A stretch of 64,000 bases of DNA from an uncultured bacterium (lineage in GTDB: Bacteria > Nitrospirota > Nitrospiria > Nitrospirales > Nitrospiraceae): contig CBDIWP010000044.1 in NCBI GenBank assembly GCA_965285945.1, positions 42,462-106,461 of the forward strand. The letters are read 5' to 3'. The notes beneath the pieces were generated by a model that searched no databases, was not told the origin of the DNA, and saw nothing but the letters and a program-made list of their open reading frames with translations. Shown here in pieces: positions 20,243 through 29,911 of this stretch (its first letter is position 1; each line of letters begins with the position of its first letter). Both the position numbers and the translations under genes were made by a program.

Positions 20243-23200
20243 TCAGCCAGTAGATTTGCCCTTTCGGGCGACGGCGAGCAAGAGCTGCCCATCCATTGCG
20301 GGACTGATGCGGAGGGGCGCGGCTCCGGCATTCAAGAGAAGCAGCGCGAGTGTCTCCCGATCATAACTATGGATGAGACCGTGGCGGAGAGCCTCCCGTA
20401 CACGTCCCAGGTAATGAAGCAGCACTTGGCTCGACGGTTCGAACTCATCCTGGGCCGTCGCCCGCAGATGGCGGCGACAGAGGGCCGAGAGGTCAGTGTG
20501 GGGTTGAAGGGCGGTGAGCAGAAGGGTGCCTCCTTCTTCCAGCGCTTCCACTGCCCGCCGCACGCTGAGAAGGGGAGATGGACAAAAGGCCAGCGAGAGG
20601 TGAAACGCGACCCGGGCCGGCGCCTGGCCGGAAAACAATGGAGCCGCGGAACTCCAATCAAACTGCACCCATTCCGGCTCCAATAGGTCGGTGAGCGGCG
20701 ATGGCAATGCAAATGTGCCGCTAATTTCGCGCATGAACGAGTCCAGCGCGTGTTGTGCAATCGTCAGGGTTTCTTCAGACTGCTCCAGCCCGACATAATG
20801 AAGCGGTGAACCGGGTAAGCCGCTCTGATGAGCCAACCGGTAGATCTGATTGGTGATGATCAGCCGAGCCAAGTCGCCATGTCCGCACCCCACGTCGAGC
20901 ATGGTCGTGCCGGGCTTCAGCGGGAGCAGTTCGCGGTACAGGTGCTCCCGGACGGCCCAGAATTCATGCACGTTGTTCAGGTGAGGCAGTTGTGCCAGAT
21001 GCGCAATCCAGAGCGCCTCTCTGGCGGCTTGAGACACATGATGGCCGATACACGTTCGTTCATGCTCCAGGATCAGTTGCCGTTCGATGTCCCGGAGCGG
21101 GGCTTCCCCTGCTTGGACGGAACGGCGTTCCCTCGTGAAAGAAGCCGCGATCTCCTTCAAGATGGTCAGGAACGTGGCGGTGTGGCGGTCGTCGTACGGC
21201 TCGGGCTGTAGAGAAAGATCGGCAGGAAGCGGAATGAGCACCGGCGTCTGCCCCACCGCCGCCAGTGAGGCGTTTAGAGGCGCCGAGATGTGTGCCGGCG
21301 AGGTCCGCGTGGTCAAGATCACCGGTGGATCGGACAACGCGGCCAGATCGCCGGCCGAGGCAGAGAGGTCCGCATAGTCCCCGGCCACCGCATCGCCCAG
21401 GAAGCGGTCCAGATTCACGTTGTAGCCCCAGAGATTGTCGACGCCTCGTTGCAGGCCCCGGCGGTGATCCGACAGGACGTCGCGGCCATAGCTGGCGGTG
21501 AGGGTGGCCTGCAGATCGAGCACGGGGTTCGCCAGAAGGAGCAGGCCTCTGGTTCCGGTCGAAGCCATGACTCTCAACGCGACCCGCGCGCCCAGGTCTT
21601 CAGCCAAGATTGCGAGAGGGGCGGTGGGCCAGGTGGTGCGGGCGAAGTCCAGGACCGTTTGACAATCCACCTGCATGCTCTGCAGGGTCATATGCAGCAC
21701 ATCTCCGTCGCTTTGACCGACATGATTGGTGTGATCATAGCGGAGCACCCGCATCCGGTTAGCCGCAAGGAAATACGAGAGCGGCAGATAGTCGGTCTGG
21801 GTCTTTCCGAATCCCGGCACGACAATGACGACCGGAGTCGTCGGAGAAATTTGATGGCGCGCGTGATCATCCGTGAGGGCAATGATTTGCTGCCGGGCGT
21901 TCCGGCATTCGCGCCGGGCGCTGACGATGGAGGAGCGTCCCGCGACGCCTTCAAGATCCATCGACGATCCGAGATGCTGGGCGACGACCCGGTTGATTTC
22001 GCGTTCCGCAAACGCCGTCGATTGAACAAAACGGATGCCGATGCGCTGGGCGGCCCGGGCGGGACCGGGTCGCAGATCGGAAGGAGCGGTGTGATCCGGC
22101 GCCATCCAGACAATGCGGGCGGTCAAGACGGCGTCCGGGGCTTCCGGTTGATGGGTTCTCGGCGGTCCGACAGGGCCGGTCGACGAGAAATGAAGCGACA
22201 GCGCATCACCGGTCGCTCCGGGCGCCTCTTGCATCTGGAGGCAGGCGCCCCCGCGGCTCATGTTCACGATGAGCCCGAGCGGCCGCTGAGCCGCGACATT
22301 CAGCGACGAGAGATCAATGCGCGTCGGCAAGGCCACGCGTACTCTCAGCGTTTCACGCTGCTCCCTTCCGTCCGAAGCCGCGGTGATCTGGGGGGGGGCC
22401 GCCTCCGTCACATCGTCCGGCAGCGACAGGAGCGCCTCGAGGGTGACGGAGAGACTCCGCGACCGGGCTTCTTCCATGAGCGAGGCCAACACTTGCTGCT
22501 CCACCTCGTTCTCGGATGTGAAGCGGAAGGCGAGCAGCGTGGAGGAGGGTTCGGTACCGCCGGATATCGAAGAGGTGCCCCGGCTGTGAGCCAGGCCCTG
22601 GAGTTCCAGCATACCCGCCGGGGTCTTGAGGATGACATACACCGGTTGCGCTTCAACGGGCGGCAGCGCGCCCTCCACGAGAATGCCTGCGCCGCCCAGG
22701 CTCAGGTTAGTCACGGTGCCTTCCCGGGTGGCATTGCCTGCCGTAATGCGTGCGGGAAGATGGACCAAGGCGCGAGCCGCCTGGCGACGATCGGGCAGTG
22801 GTGCCGTGTGCCCGATGGACGGTGACGTCATTGCGGTCGTACGAGGGGACGGCTCGGTTTCACTGGAAGAGGGGGAGCCGGAGAGCGGCTCCACGGGCGA
22901 AGCCAGCGGGTCTCGGCCCACCGGCAGCCTCAGCGTAATGGATAAGAGCCCGCCGGCGGGCGCGGCGAAATCAAGACGCCCCCCGAGCTGCCGGACCCAT
23001 GCGTAGGCTTCAAATAAGGTGGAGGTCTCCTGTGACGGTGGTCCGGTATCCGTGGGAACGAATGCGGTTTCCTCAATGCGGACTTCCACTTCGACCGGGT
23101 CGATCGCGGGACTCGCGGCCGTGCTGATGCGGAGCCGGTGGCGGGACCCGATGGCCTCGACATACCGCTGAGCCTGAGACACCAGCGTCCTCAACAGCGG

Positions 23201-24379
23201 CCTCGCCACCTCGAGGTTGCCGGTGAATGGCGGCAAATCCGTCGCATAGCGGCGTTCCACCCCGTCGCTCTGCAACAGTTGCGGATGCATGGCAGCCAGG
23301 ACGGCGTCGATGAGGTCGTTCAGCGTGGGCGGTTCTGTCTCCGCGCCCCGCGCGGTTTGCGCCAGAGCGGTGCCCTGGCGGACCGCTTCGGTCGCCTGTA
23401 GCAGGAGCGATTGAATCTGTTGGTCCAGTTTCACTTCCTGAATCGCCGCATATAATTGCTGCGATTGTGCCAGGACTGCACCCAACGGCTCCTGGATCTG
23501 CTTGGCCAAGGCGGAGACCCGTCGGGCCATGTCGACCAGGCGATCGGTCTCCTCCAGCTGCCGTTCCAGGCGCTGAATGATTTCCTGCTGCTCGCGCTCG
23601 CCTGACATGTCGCGTAGAAGACCGAGCGTGCCTAAAAAATGCCGATCCGGATCGTACAGACCTTTGGCGCTGAGCTCGGCTCGAACCCGGACGGCGGTTT
23701 TTCCTTCCGCCCGCATTTTAGGGGCCAGGTCCACGGCAAGCCGGCGTGCGGCGCGGGAGCCGGTCCGTCGATCGTTGAAGCGGTAGCGGGCGTAGTCCCA
23801 CTGGTCGTCCGGAATCACCTTGGAATAGGGAACTCCGGTCAGTTCTTCGGGCGCGTACCCGAGCAGCGCCGTGATCGAAGGGCTGAGATAGACGAAACGG
23901 CCTTCTGCGTCTAATTCATACAACACGTCGCCCAGGGCATCGACTAACCGGCCATGGCGTTCCTGCGTGCGCTCCAGCGTGATGCGGAGGTCGCGTTTTT
24001 CCATCGCCTCCTTGGTGTACAGCACCAGTTCGGTCAAGAAGGCCGGCGATTTTTTATATAACGAGAAGTCCGCACCGGCCTGCAAGGCATGGACGGCCGC
24101 GGCTGCGTCGCTGCGATCGGTTTGCAACACGATGGCGGCGGAAGACGCCAGGCGTTTCAATTCAGGGAGGACGGGTGTGCCCCGTTGGGTCAGGAGCCGT
24201 TCATCGACGAGCATGAGATGCCACCGGGCCCGGGGAGCCCATTGCAGCGCTTCATCGAGCGAGTAGACCACTTCGACGCGACAGCCCGGGAAGAAGCTGC
24301 GCAAACTCAGGGTGACGAGCTTGATCTCTTCCCCGATATCGTTGATGACGAGAATGGTCGCGGGCTCGGTCTGCGGCAT
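20243..24379 (-). CDS. Multidomain protein: REC-PAS-degenerate HK-PilZ-PilZ-LuxD-like alpha/beta hydrolase-SAM methyltransferase
   Basis: REC; PAS (YELDAEGRFVYLSP..LLGYAPEEL); PilZ RRQAAR..NLSLGG and RETLR..NMSRGG; PGF..RVLRYDHTNHVGQSDG; MLDVGCGHG. Start assigned to MPQTEP. Confidence 0.85.
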   Translation of the reverse strand: MPQTEPATILVINDIGEEIKLVTLSLRSFFPGCRVEVVYSLDEALQWAPRARWHLMLVDERLLTQRGTPVLPELKRLASSAAIVLQTDRSDAAAAVHALQAGADFSLYKKSPAFLTELVLYTKEAMEKRDLRITLERTQERHGRLVDALGDVLYELDAEGRFVYLSPSITALLGYAPEELTGVPYSKVIPDDQWDYARYRFNDRRTGSRAARRLAVDLAPKMRAEGKTAVRVRAELSAKGLYDPDRHFLGTLGLLRDMSGEREQQEIIQRLERQLEETDRLVDMARRVSALAKQIQEPLGAVLAQSQQLYAAIQEVKLDQQIQSLLLQATEAVRQGTALAQTARGAETEPPTLNDLIDAVLAAMHPQLLQSDGVERRYATDLPPFTGNLEVARPLLRTLVSQAQRYVEAIGSRHRLRISTAASPAIDPVEVEVRIEETAFVPTDTGPPSQETSTLFEAYAWVRQLGGRLDFAAPAGGLLSITLRLPVGRDPLASPVEPLSGSPSSSETEPSPRTTAMTSPSIGHTAPLPDRRQAARALVHLPARITAGNATREGTVTNLSLGGAGILVEGALPPVEAQPVYVILKTPAGMLELQGLAHSRGTSSISGGTEPSSTLLAFRFTSENEVEQQVLASLMEEARSRSLSVTLEALLSLPDDVTEAAPPQITAASDGREQRETLRVRVALPTRIDLSSLNVAAQRPLGLIVNMSRGGACLQMQEAPGATGDALSLHFSSTGPVGPPRTHQPEAPDAVLTARIVWMAPDHTAPSDLRPGPARAAQRIGIRFVQSTAFAEREINRVVAQHLGSSMDLEGVAGRSSIVSARRECRNARQQIIALTDDHARHQISPTTPVVIVVPGFGKTQTDYLPLSYFLAANRMRVLRYDHTNHVGQSDGDVLHMTLQSMQVDCQTVLDFARTTWPTAPLAILAEDLGARVALRVMASTGTRGLLLLANPVLDLQATLTASYGRDVLSDHRRGLQRGVDNLWGYNVNLDRFLGDAVAGDYADLSASAGDLAALSDPPVILTTRTSPAHISAPLNASLAAVGQTPVLIPLPADLSLQPEPYDDRHTATFLTILKEIAASFTRERRSVQAGEAPLRDIERQLILEHERTCIGHHVSQAAREALWIAHLAQLPHLNNVHEFWAVREHLYRELLPLKPGTTMLDVGCGHGDLARLIITNQIYRLAHQSGLPGSPLHYVGLEQSEETLTIAQHALDSFMREISGTFALPSPLTDLLEPEWVQFDWSSAAPLFSGQAPARVAFHLSLAFCPSPLLSVRRAVEALEEGGTLLLTALQPHTDLSALCRRHLRATAQDEFEPSSQVLLHYLGRVREALRHGLIHSYDRETLALLLLNAGAAPLRISPAMDGQLLLAVARKGKSTG

Positions 24380-24691
24380 GCCTTTTCCCGATATGCAGAT
24401 ATCCGTGGGGGCCGCTTCGCGAATCGGTTTTCCGCGGCTCCGGATGGCCTCGATCGTCTTCGAATGGGGGCCACACAAAGGCGACCGACTCGCGCGATGT
24501 CGGTGTCTTGAATACCATACACCCGGATGAGAAACCCATGTTTCATGCGCCTCTAACCGGATCTCTTTGGTAGGGGAGGACCGTTGCCGCACTCCGGGAC
24601 CGGACATTTTTGGACGGGAGGATGTCGCTGGGAGGAAGGCTGGGAAGAGCTTCGAGCGGAGCCCTTCCCGGGGTTGAAGGTCTGGCCCGGT

Positions 24692-25690
24692 TTACGGAGC
24701 CATTGCATTCTTCTGGGACGGACAGGCGCCCGGGGTCATATACAGCAGGTAGTTGCCCATCCCGTGCTGCGCTTCTTGTTTGTGAAGAGGATGATGATGG
24801 ACCATGACCATCTCATACTCCTCGGCGGTCGTGACGGGAAATCCCTGAGCGTCTTTGAAGACGTGATGGGGCTGGAATTCCCTGAATGTGCCATGGAGAT
24901 CGACGTCCGGCACGGTCCGCAGGAGGGTTTGTTTCCTGGTCTTGTTTTCCAAGGCAATCATCAGCAGTTCGTCATGTCCGTGGGGATAGGCGAATTTGAC
25001 GCAGCCGTCCATGAGAAACTTCAACGGCGCCCGGTGCACCTGCACCCCCGGCTTGATCTCGATCCCTTCGTCCGTTTGATCGGCGCCTCGTTGGCCGAAT
25101 TTGCTGTAGCATACGATGTTGACGCCGACTTGATAGACCTCCATCTCTTTGACCGGCTGGGAGGCCGGCGCCATGTACATCGTAAAGCTCGCCATCACGT
25201 CTTTCGTGGGCGGTGCTTTGTGATAGAAGGCGACCACCGACATCAGATGCTCGCCTTTGGCGAGCTTCACCCCATAGCCATCCGGAAAACGGGCCTCGGT
25301 CATTTCCAATCCCGCTCCGCCGAAGAAGAGCGGTTCGCCGGGACAGGAGACGCTGGGTTTGTCGTTATTGAGCATCAGGATGTGATGCAGATAGTTGCGG
25401 GGGAGTTCTTTCCCCTCTTTCGTGAACACGGACGACTTATAGCCGATCATGTACATGTCTTTGGGCAGCTGGAAAATGTGCTTGGGCATAGAGGCCGCCA
25501 GATCCCCGTCATGGCTCGTGGGAAGATCGATGGGGCCGAACGTGAGGATGATCTTGTCGTCTTGTATGGTGACGGTGGTGGTCGTCTGATTCTTGAGCGT
25601 CGGGACCACATGGTGATCATGCCCGCCGGAGGCGAGGGCCGGAGAAGCGGACAACAGGGTGACGAGGAACAAGGCGACAGTGAAATGCAT
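24692..25690 (-). CDS. Exported protein resembling copper type II ascorbate-dependent monooxygenases
   Basis: Signal peptide; LHHIL, FYH, YPHGH and HGMG in the order of the PHM Cu ligands; RBS GGAGG. Confidence 0.6.
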   Translation of the reverse strand: MHFTVALFLVTLLSASPALASGGHDHHVVPTLKNQTTTTVTIQDDKIILTFGPIDLPTSHDGDLAASMPKHIFQLPKDMYMIGYKSSVFTKEGKELPRNYLHHILMLNNDKPSVSCPGEPLFFGGAGLEMTEARFPDGYGVKLAKGEHLMSVVAFYHKAPPTKDVMASFTMYMAPASQPVKEMEVYQVGVNIVCYSKFGQRGADQTDEGIEIKPGVQVHRAPLKFLMDGCVKFAYPHGHDELLMIALENKTRKQTLLRTVPDVDLHGTFREFQPHHVFKDAQGFPVTTAEEYEMVMVHHHPLHKQEAQHGMGNYLLYMTPGACPSQKNAMAP

Positions 25691-25737
25691 AAACCCTCCA
25701 AAGATCGGTGGACTGAAACGGTCGTGAGACGGAAGGT

Positions 25738-26619
25738 TCATGGCGATGCGGGCGGCGGCGGAGTCAGCCGTCTCCATTCATAGGTGCCGCCATGCTCACG
25801 CGGGGGAATGTTTTTTTGGGTGCCGACCCGCGTATACCACCAGATCCCTTTGGCCTCGCTGCCATCCTCGGAGAGGAGGAGTTCGAAGCCGCCTTCCCGA
25901 TCGTTGCCCGGCTGGTGCCAGGTGCCTTGCCACAGGCGATCGGCAAACGCCGTGGTGGCGAACCGGCCGCCATGCTGGGTGTACGGCCCGTTCCCCGATG
26001 GGTCGAGGGTGGCCTTGTAATGTTTGTCGTTGTCGGTTTCCACGATATCCCATTCGCCGCTCAAGTCGGGTCTGGCTCCGTTGTCGCTCCGGCTCACTTG
26101 CTGCTGGGGCGCGGGCGCATCCGCTGCAGGAGCGACCGTGGCGGAGAACGCCACGGTTCGGGGCGATTCATGCCAGGAGTGAAGGATCCAATGTCCGCGT
26201 TGTCTTTGCAGAACGCCGCTTTCTCTCAGTTGCAGCACGGTTTTCTGCCCGCCCGCACCGGCCGCGAGCCATCGAATATAGTCGAGCTCCATCGTGAACC
26301 AGGCTACATCGCCCTTGGTCCAGACGCGCAATTCGAGGATGGGGATTTCCAATTTCGCGACGGTGGAAAATTCTTCCTGGAAATCCCGTTCCAGGTCGGG
26401 CCATCCGACGTATTTTCGCCCGCCCAATGAGTAGCTGACGATATCGGCATCGTGTGCCATGTAGCGGGACAGCAGGGCCATGTCTTTCTCGGCATTGGCC
26501 CTGACGAGCGCACGAATGACCGATTCGGGGTTTGTCGGATCGAAGGCCAGGCTGATCGAGGGGGCGCTGGCAAATGCTAAGAAGACAGTGCTCCAAAGCA
26601 GAAGGCCGATGTGCATCAA
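25738..26619 (-). CDS. Exported SnoaL/NTF2-like domain protein with C-terminal beta domain
   Basis: Signal peptide; KYVGW..GDVAW..RESGVL..W.I.HSWHES pattern. Confidence 0.75.
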   Translation of the reverse strand: MMHIGLLLWSTVFLAFASAPSISLAFDPTNPESVIRALVRANAEKDMALLSRYMAHDADIVSYSLGGRKYVGWPDLERDFQEEFSTVAKLEIPILELRVWTKGDVAWFTMELDYIRWLAAGAGGQKTVLQLRESGVLQRQRGHWILHSWHESPRTVAFSATVAPAADAPAPQQQVSRSDNGARPDLSGEWDIVETDNDKHYKATLDPSGNGPYTQHGGRFATTAFADRLWQGTWHQPGNDREGGFELLLSEDGSEAKGIWWYTRVGTQKNIPPREHGGTYEWRRLTPPPPASP

Positions 26620-26715
26620 TAACGCTCCCTGGAATGTTATAAACAGCAGGCGTGAGGGACTAAAAACAGGCTACACGGCCTCCCAGGTGTTGTCAACGGC
26701 GGGAAGGCGGATGCC

Positions 26716-27465
26716 TTACGGGTGGGCCACTACGACGGCCGTGACATTGTCCTCGCCGCCCCGGGCCAGCGCCTCCCCGATCAATGCGTCGCAGGCCTGG
26801 ACGGGATCGCCCTTGGCGCGCAGGAGCACCTCGTGGATGTCCTCGTCTTCGAGCATTTTGGTCAAGCCGTCCGTGCAGAGCAGCAGCAGATCGGACGTAA
26901 CCAGTTCAGTGGAACTCAGGTCCGGCTTGGCCGCCGAGGGCATGCCGAGGGCGCGGGTCAGGACGTGCCGTTCGGGATGCGTGCGGGCCGCCGCAGGGGT
27001 GAGGAGACCCCGCTCCAGATATTTCTCAATCAAGGTATGATCGCGGGTGAGCGGCGTCAGCGTGCCGGACCGGAAGAGATAGGCGCGGCTGTCGCCGACA
27101 TGCGCGACGAAGGCCGTCGGCGCGGGAAGCGGAAGAATGATCAGGGTCACAAGGGTGGTGCCCATGCCTTTGAACTTGGGCTCGAGCTTGGCACGTGCCA
27201 GAATCGCCTCCTGTGCCTGGGCGATCAGGTCCAGGAGAAAGTCTCGCGCCTCGCCCTGTCCCTGTTGAAGCGCAATGGCATGGAGTTCCGCCCGCGACTT
27301 CACGGTCGCAATGGCCGTGGAGGCCGCCACCTCGCCGCCGATATGGCCGCCCATGCCGTCGGCCACGGCCCAAAAACCCAGATGATCGAGGGTGACGAAG
27401 GCGTCCTGGTTGACCTTGCGCTCGAACCCGATGTCGCTGCGCCCGATACCGACCCATCCGCTCAT
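26716..27465 (-). CDS. PP2C-family Ser/Thr phosphatase
   Basis: R.VNQD, VADGMGG, GMGTT, HVGDSR, LTRDH, CTDGL, GGEDNVT. Confidence 0.96.
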   Translation of the reverse strand: MSGWVGIGRSDIGFERKVNQDAFVTLDHLGFWAVADGMGGHIGGEVAASTAIATVKSRAELHAIALQQGQGEARDFLLDLIAQAQEAILARAKLEPKFKGMGTTLVTLIILPLPAPTAFVAHVGDSRAYLFRSGTLTPLTRDHTLIEKYLERGLLTPAAARTHPERHVLTRALGMPSAAKPDLSSTELVTSDLLLLCTDGLTKMLEDEDIHEVLLRAKGDPVQACDALIGEALARGGEDNVTAVVVAHP

Positions 27466-28271
27466 GGGTGCAGTTCCGCAAGGGAGGAGGGGAGAGCCGG
27501 CGCCGGTCCCGCCGCCGGAGGTCCGAAGTGTGCCAGCATGTCCCCATAGAGCAGTTCGGCCAGGGGGGCCAGGTTTTCCGCATCCGCCGCGTTATAGGCC
27601 ACGAGCAGGTCGAGCGCGTCCCGGTCGCCCAGGGCGTTCCATCGGGACCAGAGCCGCACCGCATCCCACCCATCGAGGCCTTGGATGGCTGGGTCCCGCT
27701 CGATTCCGACCTCCCGTTCGATGTGCTTCAGTCCGCCCCGCAGACCCAGGCGCCGCGCGGCAAAGCACAGGTCGAAGTGGGGCATCTCCAGACGGAGCCG
27801 GGGAAAGTGGGCGCGGAGATAGGGAACATCGAAGCCCGTTCCAAAAAACGTCACGAGGAGATCGCCTTGATCCAGTTCCTCCTGCAGTCGATCGGTCGTC
27901 AGGTCCTGTCCGTGGACCAACGTGGTCGTCCGCCCGTTTCGATGGAGGCCCACCACGGTGACGTGCCCATGGCCGGCCGCCGCGCCGGTGGTTTCAATAT
28001 CGAGGTAGATCACCTTGGAGCGGCAGAGGTCGAAGAACCGCCAATGTTCCCGGGACGCCAGGCGGGACGCGAAGAAGGGCCAGTGGCCGCCGTCGAACTG
28101 GGTCTGGGCCAGGGTCAGTTCCTGGTCGTACCACGCCTTCCGTTCGGCGGAGAGCCCCTTAATGCGCGGTTGTTCGACGAAGCGTTGCCAGGTGAGGAGG
28201 CCCTGGTCCCACAGCCGGCGTTCCGTGGCGGGGCCGATGCCTTGAAGCAGGACGAACGTAGAGGTCAACAT
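27462..28271 (-). CDS. RNase H-like (YprB/exonuclease-like) protein with N-terminal HhH
   Basis: GIGPATE, YLDIETTG, FDVPYL, HFDL, GGLK.IE, YNAAD. Confidence 0.85.
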   Translation of the reverse strand: MLTSTFVLLQGIGPATERRLWDQGLLTWQRFVEQPRIKGLSAERKAWYDQELTLAQTQFDGGHWPFFASRLASREHWRFFDLCRSKVIYLDIETTGAAAGHGHVTVVGLHRNGRTTTLVHGQDLTTDRLQEELDQGDLLVTFFGTGFDVPYLRAHFPRLRLEMPHFDLCFAARRLGLRGGLKHIEREVGIERDPAIQGLDGWDAVRLWSRWNALGDRDALDLLVAYNAADAENLAPLAELLYGDMLAHFGPPAAGPAPALPSSLAELHP

Positions 28272-28407
28272 GGACTGCGGATTGTACAGGAGGCGACCCG
28301 GCTCCGCCAGCATTGCGGCGGTTTGTCCCGCCTTGATTTCATCCGAGGAGACCAGCTAGAGTCCGCGAAGACAGGCCTCATCCACGTATTGTAACGATCG
28401 GGAGACT

Positions 28408-28791
28408 ATGACTGAGCCGGCCAAGCGCATCCGCATCACCGTGGGAGGCCTCCAACTGGACGCGGAATTGAAATCGACCAAAACCGCCGGCGAAGTTTAT
28501 GCGGCGCTGCCCGTGCAGGCGGCGATCAACACCTGGGGCGAGGAGTTTTACTTCAAGCTGCCGGGGGTCCGGGACTATCGTGAAACGGCGACCACGCAAG
28601 TAAAAGTCGGCGATGTCGCCTATTGGGGAGCGGGACAGGTCCTGGCCATCTTTTTCGGCCGCACCCCGATGAGCATGGGGTCCGACCCGGTTCCCGCCGA
28701 CCGGGTCAACGTGATCGGACGTATCCTCGGGGATGCGAGCCAGCTCCGCCGGGTCATGGATCAGTCCACCATTCGAATCGAGCCGGTGTAA
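28408..28791 (+). CDS. Cyclophilin-like fold protein (TM1367/DUF369 type)
   Basis: NTWGEEFYF, GDVAYW..AIFFG.TPMS..VNVIG. Confidence 0.85.
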   Translation: MTEPAKRIRITVGGLQLDAELKSTKTAGEVYAALPVQAAINTWGEEFYFKLPGVRDYRETATTQVKVGDVAYWGAGQVLAIFFGRTPMSMGSDPVPADRVNVIGRILGDASQLRRVMDQSTIRIEPV

Positions 28792-28796
28792 CCGCC

Positions 28797-29078
28797 ATGC
28801 GCCTCTCCAAAGAACGCGTGCGGCATCTCACGGAGACCCTGGCCACCCGACTGCAGCAGGAGGGGCACGTCGAGATGATCGGCGACCGCAAGGCGTTGGT
28901 CGAGGCGCTCCAGCAGGCCGTGGCCGAGGAGCTGTCGCTGGAAGATCGTCTCAATGCGGAGGTGCGGCAGCTGCTCAAGGCCTACGAACAGCAGATCGAA
29001 CAGGGCCAGGTCGATTACCAGAAGATGTTCGTGATGATCAAACAGAAACTCGTCCGCGAGCGCGGCCTTATTCTGTGA
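28797..29078 (+). CDS. DUF507 family protein
   Basis: MRLSKE..EDRLNAEV..DYQKMF..IKQKL.RERGLIL. Confidence 0.85.
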   Translation: MRLSKERVRHLTETLATRLQQEGHVEMIGDRKALVEALQQAVAEELSLEDRLNAEVRQLLKAYEQQIEQGQVDYQKMFVMIKQKLVRERGLIL

Positions 29079-29124
29079 TGCGTGATCGGAGATCGCCGGA
29101 GAAAACGCGAGTGAGCCGCACCCC

Positions 29125-29397
29125 ATGTTGAGCCCGGATAAAACCAGCCATCTCTCCCACGTCATCCTTCAGGCGATCAAGCGCCATGCGGCGGTCCGGG
29201 TGACGGGCGAGGACGGGAAGGTGCTCAAGGCCATCAAACAGATTCTTGCGGCGGAACTCGCTCAAGAGGAAGCCATCGACCGGAAGGTCAAGGCGAAGCT
29301 GGCCTCCTATTCCCGCGGCATCATCGAAGGAAGCGCAGAGTGGGAGGTCCTGTACCGAAAGACGTTTGAAGAAGAGTCCAGGAAACACGGCGCGTGA
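29125..29397 (+). CDS. DUF507 family protein (second paralog)
   Basis: LS.DK.SHLSH..EGSAEWEVLYRK.FEEE. Confidence 0.82.
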   Translation: MLSPDKTSHLSHVILQAIKRHAAVRVTGEDGKVLKAIKQILAAELAQEEAIDRKVKAKLASYSRGIIEGSAEWEVLYRKTFEEESRKHGA

Positions 29398-29411
29398 ACC
29401 AGAGAGGAACC

Positions 29412-29861
29412 ATGTACTATCTGTCTGTGCTGCTCGCGATTCTCATGATGGCGACGGGCGGGGTGACCGCCTGCGCCGGCAAGTCCAAAGCCAAACCGCT
29501 CGCGCCGCTGGCCTTAACGGAAAGCGGGGTGAAACCCCAGGCGATCACACTGACGGAACAGGGGACGGAAGCCTATCAAGGGAAGCAATTTGAAGCGGCG
29601 AAGAGCCTGTTCGGCCAGGCGATGGCCGCGGCGCCGCAGTCGGGCCAGGCGCATTATAATTATGCGCTGGCGCTCAACGCGCTCGGCGACGCGGAAGGCG
29701 CCCGCCAGCATTTTTTGGAAGCCGCGAACCTGGCTCCGGGCGACAAAGTGATTTGGGATTCGCCGGCCCTGGCGCCCTTCGGCAATCCGAGCGTCAACAG
29801 GGCGACGAAAGAACATCCGTACGGGACGAGCCGGCCGACGATCGGCAGCGGGCCGCGCTAG
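29412..29861 (+). CDS. TPR lipoprotein
   Basis: Lipobox-like VTAC; TPR (AHYNYALAL). Confidence 0.8.
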   Translation: MYYLSVLLAILMMATGGVTACAGKSKAKPLAPLALTESGVKPQAITLTEQGTEAYQGKQFEAAKSLFGQAMAAAPQSGQAHYNYALALNALGDAEGARQHFLEAANLAPGDKVIWDSPALAPFGNPSVNRATKEHPYGTSRPTIGSGPR

Positions 29862-29911
29862 CGCGCCCGACGGGCAACGAGTTCAGCCTCCATTCAGAAG
29901 GGTAGGTCAGC

